18,497 nucleotides of DNA, from the NCBI GenBank assembly GCA_029858305.1, contig JAOUFI010000043.1, forward strand, positions 1 through 18,497, read 5' to 3'. The stretch is from Candidatus Thorarchaeota archaeon (GTDB taxonomy: Archaea; Asgardarchaeota; Thorarchaeia; Thorarchaeales; Thorarchaeaceae). The notes under the pieces are model-generated. The model was not told the origin of the DNA. It searched no databases and worked only from the letters and a program-made list of their open reading frames with translations. The translations under genes were made by a program, and so were the position numbers. Positions 1 to 7,406 of this stretch are shown in pieces. Position 1 is the first letter of the stretch. Each line of letters opens with the position of its first letter.

Positions 1-1
1 T

Positions 2-889
2 GCTGCCATAGATCCTCCTCGCGATCTTGCTGAAACCCAGACTCTGGCGCTTTCCGAGTCTGCGTTATATTCTGAGGCCACACTACTGAAAAAGCCCTCT
101 TTCACAACAATCTTCTCTGATAGGACGTTGCCTATCGGACCTTCAGCTCCACTTGATTTCTTTAGACTCGAGGATGAACCGAAGGTACCCAAGGTTGTTG
201 ATAAAATCACATCTGATACGGACCTGAAAGCTGTGGGCGGGATTATGGAGCTTTTTAATGATGGAATTCGTCAGGAGCACATCACCCGATTATTATCGGT
301 TGGCGTTTTAGGACAAAGAAAGAAACGAAGACTGGTCCCTACGAAATGGAGTATCACAGCCATTGACGATATAGTAGGTCGTCGCTTGCACAGACAGGTT
401 CTTCGATTTTCAGCAATCAATGATTTTTTGGTGAGTATTGATCAAGCTCTTGGAAATACAGTAGCCATCCTCTTCTATCCAAGCGGTTGGCAATTTGAAG
501 CCATGGAGTCTTGGCTTGGAGGACTGAATCCGCCGATCATCAATGACTTTGAATTCGGGAAAGGTCGGAAGGATTATGCCAAAGCTGTGGTTGGTGCGTA
601 CTATGCAACTCGCTTGCCTGTCCTAGAATATCTCGTAAAGAAGAAGAGGCAATCAGGAGTAATAGTTTTCTTGGAAACCGATCCCGCTCAGTGGATTCCT
701 CTTGGGGTATGGCGGTTTCGCGAGATCGCCAAAAGGGCATTGGATCGGGGTGTGAAGAAGTTCCAAAGTATGGATGAGGCAACTACTGAGATTGGGAAAT
801 ACTTGCGCAATCCAGTTCATCGCTGGCTCAAAAGGAGCAGACTCTACAGCGAATTTAAAACTCAAACAAAACTCTCTGATTTCATCTAA
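2..889 (+). CDS. nreA: Archaeal DNA repair protein Nre (NreA/B family), 5'-truncated by the window edge
   Basis: The frame is open from base 2 (AAIDPPRDLAETQTLAL...). It has Nre-type motifs PIGPSAP, LLSVGVLG..KRRLVPTKWSITAIDD, GAYYATRLPVLEYL and WIPLGVWRFRE, plus a C-terminal PCNA-binding PIP box QTKLSDFI. Confidence 0.9.
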   Translation, partial: AAIDPPRDLAETQTLALSESALYSEATLLKKPSFTTIFSDRTLPIGPSAPLDFFRLEDEPKVPKVVDKITSDTDLKAVGGIMELFNDGIRQEHITRLLSVGVLGQRKKRRLVPTKWSITAIDDIVGRRLHRQVLRFSAINDFLVSIDQALGNTVAILFYPSGWQFEAMESWLGGLNPPIINDFEFGKGRKDYAKAVVGAYYATRLPVLEYLVKKKRQSGVIVFLETDPAQWIPLGVWRFREIAKRALDRGVKKFQSMDEATTEIGKYLRNPVHRWLKRSRLYSEFKTQTKLSDFI

Positions 890-919
890 CGATTGTTTAT
901 GTATCTATCATGCATTTCC

Positions 920-952
920 TTTTAATAATATGATTCATTGATAATTTTGGAG
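920..952 (+). promoter_or_regulatory. Putative TATA box (TTTTAATA, 920-927) and SD (GGAG, 949-952) for the 961 gene
   Basis: AT-rich TATA-like box about 35 nt upstream of the ATG; GGAG 8 nt upstream of the ATG. Confidence 0.4.
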
Positions 953-960
953 AGTTTCAC

Positions 961-2313
961 ATGCGCGCTACAAAATGTAATCTTGTGACCCTATGGGTCT
1001 TGATGCTTCTAGTTCTACCATTTGCAGTTATGCCTGTATCCAATGCTTGGACTGCGGGTGATGAGGCCGCAATTTTAGGCCATACATTCACAGAAGAGTA
1101 TTGGACAAATAGCTCTATTCGAGTTCAAACTGGAGATGGGACCGTTTCAAGCTTTACAGCTTCATATGTTCATGTAGGCGAGTTCTCAACATTCCTAATC
1201 GCATTCAATAGTGCAAACACAACCGACGGTAAGAAGTATATTCTACCGTATCAGTTGTTTGGAATGTACTTTAAGACTCCTGAAAACAAAGAAGTCTTCA
1301 TTGGAGCGATCTTTGCCTTCTTGCTTGCCCACATTGACAATACGACCTTTGCAGACAATGACTTGCCTGATATAGGCCACGACAATGCCTCGTACGTCGT
1401 TCCATTGGCATCAGACAATACTTGGCCTGAATACACGCCATCAGTCGTTCCAATTCCTGCAACGAAGATTAGCGATAACCATTATCGCTTTGGTATGCAC
1501 TACTACAATCTCACCTGCAGAGTGGTCGATTCAGCCAAAGGATTTGTAGGCACATACCTACTTCCACTTGTAACAGTGCTTGTCAGCGAACTGACAATTC
1601 AATATGATATAACAATTGATGAAAGTGGTGAAGTCCATGCCGAAACTTTGTACACTCTTGGACAAGTCAAGAAACTCAGAATATTGATTTTTGATGTACC
1701 TCCAACTGACATCATTGACGAAACATTTAGGATATCTGCAGTTCATTATCTATCGATATTCACGTCCAAATACAATGTTACCAAAATGACATCTGGCAAT
1801 ACAATTGATCCTCCAACTTCAACAGCTTTGCTAGATGATGATATAAGTATCAAAGTCGGTGATGATAACGAGCGCGCGTTCGATATTGGTTTGGGCCGTC
1901 AATATTCGCTAATCAATGAGTCTGCATCACCATGGACTACTGTATCAGATGACGAAACTGCACTTAATTGTCTACTTGGCGCTAGGTTTACTGACATGCT
2001 TCTTGTTGCATGGCAAGCCCCATTCTCAGCGTTCTTGCTGGCAAATATGGCATATGGCCTATCAGCTCAGATTAGATCAATGTATACATCTGTTGCAGAT
2101 TTAGCAGTTCATGCCAACACAGCATTTCATCATAGCAATTGGTGGTATGGTGTCACCTTCCCAACATGGAATGGACTTCGTATCCAACAAGATCCGGTAT
2201 ATACCGCATACACCAATCTAGCGAATGAAGATAGTGGTGGAGGAGTGGTTGTTCTCCTTCTCATTGTCGTCGGAGTACTTGCAGTAGTCTATATCATTCG
2301 TCGACGAAGATAA
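961..2313 (+). CDS. Secreted, C-terminally membrane-anchored surface (glyco)protein of unknown function
   Basis: N-terminal signal peptide (MRATK, hydrophobic stretch, SNA), C-terminal GGG linker + TM helix + RRRR stop-transfer, and seven N-X-S/T sequons. Confidence 0.75.
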   Translation: MRATKCNLVTLWVLMLLVLPFAVMPVSNAWTAGDEAAILGHTFTEEYWTNSSIRVQTGDGTVSSFTASYVHVGEFSTFLIAFNSANTTDGKKYILPYQLFGMYFKTPENKEVFIGAIFAFLLAHIDNTTFADNDLPDIGHDNASYVVPLASDNTWPEYTPSVVPIPATKISDNHYRFGMHYYNLTCRVVDSAKGFVGTYLLPLVTVLVSELTIQYDITIDESGEVHAETLYTLGQVKKLRILIFDVPPTDIIDETFRISAVHYLSIFTSKYNVTKMTSGNTIDPPTSTALLDDDISIKVGDDNERAFDIGLGRQYSLINESASPWTTVSDDETALNCLLGARFTDMLLVAWQAPFSAFLLANMAYGLSAQIRSMYTSVADLAVHANTAFHHSNWWYGVTFPTWNGLRIQQDPVYTAYTNLANEDSGGGVVVLLLIVVGVLAVVYIIRRRR

Positions 2314-2323
2314 CAACAATAGC

Positions 2324-2376
2324 ATGTCCCTTCATGTCCTGTGTCCCAGGACATAGGGACATACCTCTTCTTTTTT
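2324..2376 (+). terminator. Hairpin followed by a T-tract downstream of the surface protein gene
   Basis: ATGTCCCT-TC-ATGTCCT [GTGTCCC] AGGACAT-AGGGACAT stem (2324-2362), then CTCTTCTTTTTT. Confidence 0.6.
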
Positions 2377-2439
2377 CAAATCACTCATCGAGGAATTTAA
2401 GAGAAGCGAATAGGACTTTCTATCGAGAGGACTTGTGCT

Positions 2440-3966
2440 TTGATATACGAGCGACTTTGCAATTTTAGTGTGAAAATTCCTCCCTTCTCAAGAATCACTA
2501 GAAAGGTTGACGACAGAGAACTAACTAGAGCTGTCCGTTTTCTTCTTCCTATTATGACTGTATCCACTCAAGGCGTGGTTTCAGCAGCATATCTCTCTGC
2601 TGTGTTAGTATTCATTGGAGCAACAATATCCATGCTACTCTTTGGATTAGGTCTTTTGATCACAATTCCTCTCGCTGCAATGCTATCTGTTGTTTTTTAT
2701 TACATAATCATCTCTTACCCTGTTTCAATGATGAATGGCTACAAATTAGGACTATCAGAAGAAGCTGACATCGTCTTTGAGCAATTTATTCTAGTGTTTC
2801 AATCGCGTGGCACAATCTTTGACGCGATCGAGATGGTGGCACAGTCCGCTCATCCATATCTATCAAGAGCCTTTCAACTGATGCTCACTCGCATAGCAGA
2901 GGGTGTTCCTCCAGAGACCTGTTTGATGGATTTTGCAAAGGATCAACCCTCTGATGATATTCGGCGATATTTCTCGACGATAGTTGGATCGCTTGAGACA
3001 AAAACCGATCTGCTCGATGAGATGTCTGGTGAGTCATTTGAGGCTGACCTTGCTCTCCGACAGAAAAACCTAGAGCTCGAGAGCCGGCTCTTGATCGTAG
3101 CAGCTTTGGTCACTTACCTGCCTATCATGTTCACACTAGCTATCTCTCTGGGAGGATACGCGACCCAATGGGCTGTAGTATTGGCAGCACCAGGCTTTAT
3201 TCTTTTCAATACACTCCTCAAGAATCGGTTCTCAAGGCAATTTTCAGCCTATTTTGACAGGCCTCGTGATGACTCTCTATTCCCTCCCACTCAGAAAGAC
3301 ATCATTGTTGAATATGATGCATTTCTGAACCTAATGATATTGCTAGGTCAAAGACTTTCATCAGGTGATACACTGGAGGTAGCACTACCAGCAATTCGGG
3401 ATGATTTGGAGTTTGAAGTAAAAAAGCTAGTGGATATTGCTATCCGATCGATCTACCAAGACCATCACAGTATCTCAGAAGCGATGCATCTTGCATCAGA
3501 ATGTGCACTAGGTCAGAGAGTTTCTCAGATGTTTAGAATGATAGCGCTGATGTGCGAAACTTCAACTCAGGACGCTGGAGAACGAATCTCAAAGATTGCC
3601 GCAAGACTCGTAAAGAGGTCTGCAGTTGCTAAAGAGCGAGACTCCATAATTGCAGCTCAGAGATTGAAGGTATATTTGTTGACCATAACGAGTGCTGCTG
3701 TCTTAGGAATGCTTGCATCACTTGCACCCTTCCTATTCATCGGTTCTCTTCTAACTCAAGGGCCAACATGGACAGCAAGTTCCGTCTCAATGCTAGACAT
3801 TGCTCCTCTACTTGCGACTCTGGGCATTACGATCCTATCGATGGGATATCAGAATACAAGAATGGTTAGTGGTTCTCGCCCAATTGTGATGGCTTTGATA
3901 TGCGGCTTAATATTTTGGATTGCCTTTGCATTATCCTCTGGACTAATGGGTTTGAGTCTAGTGTAG
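2440..3966 (+). CDS. Type II secretion system F / TadB-TadC / ArlJ-like pilus assembly platform membrane protein (two-domain)
   Basis: Two repeats of TM pair, cytoplasmic helical domain and TM helices, with T2SSF-like segments (GTIFDAIEMVA..YLSRAFQLML..EGVPPETCL and SGDTLEVAL..SISEAM). TTG start with GAGG SD. Confidence 0.7.
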   Translation: MIYERLCNFSVKIPPFSRITRKVDDRELTRAVRFLLPIMTVSTQGVVSAAYLSAVLVFIGATISMLLFGLGLLITIPLAAMLSVVFYYIIISYPVSMMNGYKLGLSEEADIVFEQFILVFQSRGTIFDAIEMVAQSAHPYLSRAFQLMLTRIAEGVPPETCLMDFAKDQPSDDIRRYFSTIVGSLETKTDLLDEMSGESFEADLALRQKNLELESRLLIVAALVTYLPIMFTLAISLGGYATQWAVVLAAPGFILFNTLLKNRFSRQFSAYFDRPRDDSLFPPTQKDIIVEYDAFLNLMILLGQRLSSGDTLEVALPAIRDDLEFEVKKLVDIAIRSIYQDHHSISEAMHLASECALGQRVSQMFRMIALMCETSTQDAGERISKIAARLVKRSAVAKERDSIIAAQRLKVYLLTITSAAVLGMLASLAPFLFIGSLLTQGPTWTASSVSMLDIAPLLATLGITILSMGYQNTRMVSGSRPIVMALICGLIFWIAFALSSGLMGLSLV

Positions 3967-4021
3967 TAGAGTTTATTTGTAGCTAAATGCAATGCGATTT
4001 TAGTTAGGATGAGGTGTTAAA

Positions 4022-4666
4022 ATGCTTCAAATACCATTTCTTGATTGGACTCTTCCTGAGATTATGGCCTATTTCCAGGATGACTGGATTCTTGCATGGG
4101 TGCTCATACTTTCAGGAGGTCTATTGGCCATCTGGCTGTTAGAAAACATCACTGATCCAATCCCACTGTTAGGTACAATTTTCGATTTCCTCGTTAAGAT
4201 TGGAACCTACATTGGCTTCTTCGTGGGTATCTTGGATATTTTTGTTGGATATGTAGTTTGGCAAGTTCAACCAGGCGCAGTTATTGTGGCTGGTGTGCTG
4301 ATCCTTATGGGATTCTCACTTGTCATGAGGGTGCTCTCAAAATTCCCGCTCGCCTTGGTCTTTGCTTTGGCTGTTGCGGCATTTGGAGCCGCCACAATAT
4401 ACGGACTCCTAAATCCATATGTGTCAGCACCTGTGATTGGTGAATACATTGCATGGCTAACTTCTGGAAAAGGACTGTTGGTCATCGGCTTCATCATATT
4501 TTGTGTTGCATATGTTTTGGGTGGATTGCTAATCAAACTCATCCAGCTGATAGGCAAGATATTTGCTTCAGTGCCAGTAAGCGTTCTTGTTGGCTTAGCA
4601 GCCATTGGAGTAGGCGTGATTGTTCTACTCAATCCAGTATTACTCGGGCTAGTAGCTTGGCCATGA
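4022..4666 (+). CDS. Polytopic membrane protein (about 6 TM), unknown function
   Basis: Almost entirely hydrophobic, Gly-rich 214 aa ORF with a strong GAGGTG SD. Confidence 0.8.
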   Translation: MLQIPFLDWTLPEIMAYFQDDWILAWVLILSGGLLAIWLLENITDPIPLLGTIFDFLVKIGTYIGFFVGILDIFVGYVVWQVQPGAVIVAGVLILMGFSLVMRVLSKFPLALVFALAVAAFGAATIYGLLNPYVSAPVIGEYIAWLTSGKGLLVIGFIIFCVAYVLGGLLIKLIQLIGKIFASVPVSVLVGLAAIGVGVIVLLNPVLLGLVAWP

Positions 4667-4671
4667 GATAT

Positions 4672-4704
4672 AGAGGGGATCCTTCCCCTCTTTCCTCTCT
4701 TTTT
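4672..4704 (+). terminator. Hairpin plus pyrimidine/T tract between convergent genes
   Basis: AGAGGGGA [TCCT] TCCCCTCT perfect 8-bp stem, followed by TTCCTCTCTTTTT. Confidence 0.65.
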
Positions 4705-4710
4705 CTATCA

Positions 4711-4974
4711 TTAAGCAGTAGGTTTCCTTATCTCTCTGAAGAATAGGAATTTCAAATCACGGTCGCTGTAGAATTGTGCAGCTGCCTCAATGGACTTTTT
4801 TGCAGCTTTGATTCCATCTATTGGCTCTGAGAGATACAACTTTTTTTCGGAATCAATTTGAATAGAAGCAAGGGAAAAACCCTCTGGAAGTTCAAATTCG
4901 TCTGGTGCCAAAAGAGCAACACGAAAGGAGGACATACCTCCTACAGATTCTAGCCAGAGTTCACAGTATGCCAT
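4711..4974 (-). CDS. Small hypothetical protein (87 aa)
   Basis: ATG start with a purine-rich upstream sequence, protein-like composition, and it fills the gap ending at the terminator. Confidence 0.65.
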   Translation of the reverse strand: MAYCELWLESVGGMSSFRVALLAPDEFELPEGFSLASIQIDSEKKLYLSEPIDGIKAAKKSIEAAAQFYSDRDLKFLFFREIRKPTA

Positions 4975-5214
4975 TGATTATCTCTTTTTTTAAAATCATT
5001 AATACCAATGAAGCTTTCCATGATTGATTACAGATTCCCAACATACCCTTCCTTCGTTCCTCGAATTGTGGTTACTGTGTAAAACCACCAAGGTGCCAAG
5101 GATGTCCCAAAGAATTCTTATAGTAGGTATGCATGTAATCTAGTAAATCCGAATACAATCTAATAGGGTTGATGGAATTTACTAACATCATATTAATTGG
5201 AGGTCTTAGAATTC

Positions 5215-5892
5215 ATGTCTCTTAGATTCGAGGAATCGTTATTGATGAGAGAAAAAATGGAGTTGGACGCCAAGCTAAAGAAGCTTCGAAAGGACAAGAA
5301 TGATGACAGAGTCCAGCTTCCAAAAACCGAGCAAGCTAGACTAGACGAGATTAACGAGCTACTGAAGAAGAAAATCATTAGTGTTACAATGACACAGTCA
5401 CTCGTGAATCATATCGATGACTTAGTCAAGGAGCGAGCTGGGCGATCACGTGCTCAAATGATTGAGGATTCAGTTAGATGGTTCCTCGACTTTACAGTGC
5501 ACAAATGGAACGAACGGGGTATCTATGTTAACACCTCAAGAGCAGTATTTGAATCTGAAGCAATATCTTCTCTGTTCTTCTCCAAACTCACCCCTTCTGA
5601 CCAATACGATTTGGGAATCACTGCAGGAGGTCAATCGCCAATTGCTGATGTTGTTCGCTTGATATATGGAGAATCTCCAGAAAATGTTGATAGTCGCGGT
5701 TTAGTCCTGAATCTGCTACAAGATAATGGATGGGGCTCGATATCTATTAATGAACAGGGCTTGATTGTCATTGGTAGTCCATTCTACCCTGCACCTTTCA
5801 TACGAGGTTATCTTGAATCCTTATTTAAGACAAAGCTCAAAGTTGTTGAAACTAATGTGAAAGAGAATGTCGCACTGCAGGTAGTCAAGTAA
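5215..5892 (+). CDS. Ribbon-helix-helix (CopG/MetJ-like) regulator with N-terminal coiled coil and C-terminal V4R/HNOB-like domain
   Basis: RHH pattern IISVTMTQSLVNHIDDLVKERAGRSRAQMIEDSVRWFL and V4R-like motifs YDLGITAG, LQDNGWGSISI and FIRGYLESLF. GGAGGT SD at 5199-5204 favours ATG 5215 over TTG 5197. Confidence 0.7.
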   Translation: MSLRFEESLLMREKMELDAKLKKLRKDKNDDRVQLPKTEQARLDEINELLKKKIISVTMTQSLVNHIDDLVKERAGRSRAQMIEDSVRWFLDFTVHKWNERGIYVNTSRAVFESEAISSLFFSKLTPSDQYDLGITAGGQSPIADVVRLIYGESPENVDSRGLVLNLLQDNGWGSISINEQGLIVIGSPFYPAPFIRGYLESLFKTKLKVVETNVKENVALQVVK

Positions 5893-5933
5893 TATCTGTA
5901 TAAAGGATTGACCGCTACCTCGAGAAGTGGTTA

Positions 5934-6359
5934 CTACCACTCTTGACCAATCTCGAGAATCTCGAATTCGCTTTCATAAAGCCCTGGAATGCTATTGATC
6001 GTTCGTCTAATATCTGGCTCTTTGGTTCTGATGTCATCCGCAGAGAAATATACTTCATAGATGCATCGATTTTCTTCGAAACAGAATCCTGTTGTGAATA
6101 GTACCTTCAGATCATGATGTTTGAATAACTGAGTCATTGTTTGCATAAGAGCAGGATTGACCTTTTCAACTTCAAGTCTAACCCGCGCACCGCCTTCTTT
6201 TGTCATTGGAATTAATCGAATCTCACCTGATCTCTCGAAGTAGATTACCATAGCGGCCTTTAAGCCTTGCAGGGCTTCATTTTGGAAGAAGTCAGCTGGT
6301 AGTCGAATCTCCTTCTTCCTGTGAACATCTGCTATCATTCCTTTTGTTAGTCCGGCCAC
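5934..6359 (-). CDS. Hypothetical protein, predicted AbrB-like N-terminus with ACT-like C-terminus
   Basis: ADVHRKKEIRLPADF...GEIRLIP resembles a swapped-hairpin AbrB domain. The remainder shows a beta-alpha-beta-beta-alpha-beta pattern. GTG start with GAGGCG SD. Confidence 0.55.
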   Translation of the reverse strand: MAGLTKGMIADVHRKKEIRLPADFFQNEALQGLKAAMVIYFERSGEIRLIPMTKEGGARVRLEVEKVNPALMQTMTQLFKHHDLKVLFTTGFCFEENRCIYEVYFSADDIRTKEPDIRRTINSIPGLYESEFEILEIGQEW

Positions 6360-6448
6360 GCATATCGCCTCTTACCTGTCAATATGCCTCTGTGTCATCG
6401 AAGTATTTGTATCTTCGTACCATCTACTATTAGGCGTTTCTGGGATAC

Positions 6449-6463
6449 TTATTAGCATAATAA
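6449..6463. promoter_or_regulatory. Perfect 6-3-6 inverted repeat, candidate operator in the divergent intergenic region
   Basis: TTATTA-GCA-TAATAA. Confidence 0.35.
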
Positions 6464-6537
6464 AGCTATCAAAAGTGTTAGAAATCCATAAAACAGGGAG
6501 AGAAATTGGGTTTCTATTGTTTGAAAACAGGAGATAT

Positions 6538-6666
6538 ATGAAAATGGCAAAAGAAGGCCGAATCTATGTTTGTGATATATGTCAGCAAGTGATTGTAGTG
6601 AAGAAGTCCGGAGTAGGAACTTTGGTTTGTTGTGGGCAACCCATGCGACTCTATGAGGATGATTGA
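6538..6666 (+). CDS. Desulforedoxin-type FeS4 iron-binding small protein (desulfoferrodoxin N-terminal domain, stand-alone)
   Basis: MAKEGRIYVCDICQQVIVVKKSGVGTLVCCGQPM matches the CxxC...G.G.L.CCG.PM signature. AGGAG SD at 6529-6533; start is 6538 or 6544. Confidence 0.85.
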   Translation: MKMAKEGRIYVCDICQQVIVVKKSGVGTLVCCGQPMRLYEDD

Positions 6667-6737
6667 ATTTCTTTGACTTTTGCAGCTGGAGAAATCAATA
6701 GTATTATTTCTGAGCTGTTCCTGAACACTTGACAATG

Positions 6738-6779
6738 TTTATATCTACTCTAGCGGGCGAAATCAAAGTTCTCGGGGTG
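6738..6779 (+). promoter_or_regulatory. Putative TATA box (TTTATAT, 6738-6744) and SD (GGGGTG, 6774-6779) of rpo5
   Basis: Canonical archaeal TATA-like box about 45 nt upstream of the ATG; SD 7 nt upstream of the ATG. Confidence 0.5.
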
Positions 6780-6786
6780 TGCTTCC

Positions 6787-7344
6787 ATGTTTGAATTGCC
6801 AAGCCAGGTTGTTAAGACAAGAGGTCTTCTAAATCTTCGTGCATACAAGACCACAGAATTATTGGAGTATGACGATAAGTATGTCATGTATCCGACAAAG
6901 GGAGAAGGCGAGAAAATATCCCGATATGTCGTATGGATCCTCAAAGAACCAAAAGTCATTGGTATTGCATTTGTGAAGGACATTGCCAGTAAGATGGAAG
7001 AAGTTGAAGCACAACGTGGTATGCTTATTGGTGGTCTTCGTTTTACTCCTGCAGCAAAGAAGGAAGCTAGTTCATCTCGAGTTGAACTTATCGAAGGTGG
7101 ATATGCATCTTTTGACTTATTCGAACATGAACTCGTACCACCTCATTCAATTGCCTCAGAAGAAGAGATTGAGCTCGTCTTGAATCACTATAAAATCCAC
7201 AAAACCCAACTCCCGCGAATTAGCCATGATGATCCAGCTGTACGTGTACTTGGTGCTGTTAGTGGTCAAGTATTGAGAATCGAACGAACCAGTGATACTG
7301 CAGGGACTACATACTATTATCGACTTGTTGTTAGAGGCGTGTAG
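6787..7344 (+). CDS. rpo5: DNA-directed RNA polymerase subunit Rpo5/RpoH with RPB5-like N-terminal domain
   Basis: C-terminal signature HELVPPH...EEE...L..Y......LPRI...DP....G...GQVLRIERTSDTAG..YYRLVV, preceded by about 108 aa resembling the eukaryotic RPB5 N-domain. Confidence 0.9.
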   Translation: MFELPSQVVKTRGLLNLRAYKTTELLEYDDKYVMYPTKGEGEKISRYVVWILKEPKVIGIAFVKDIASKMEEVEAQRGMLIGGLRFTPAAKKEASSSRVELIEGGYASFDLFEHELVPPHSIASEEEIELVLNHYKIHKTQLPRISHDDPAVRVLGAVSGQVLRIERTSDTAGTTYYYRLVVRGV

Positions 7345-7406
7345 GACATCAATCTGGAATTGTTACCAATATTAATCGTGCCTGAAGGCAGAATGAATTA
7401 TCATAT

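Noticed and set aside
6475-6537. N-terminal extension of desulforedoxin in the ORF track, and the AAAACAGG(G)AGA direct repeat (6490-6501, 6524-6534)
   Set aside because: The SD directly before ATG 6538/6544 and the family length argue for the short protein. The repeat is short, purine-rich and overlaps the SD.
6664-6718. Selenocysteine read-through of the desulforedoxin TGA with a SECIS or IRE-like hairpin
   Set aside because: The domain is complete before the TGA, an in-frame TGA follows three codons later, and the hairpin lacks a convincing SECIS core or the 5-bp IRE upper stem.
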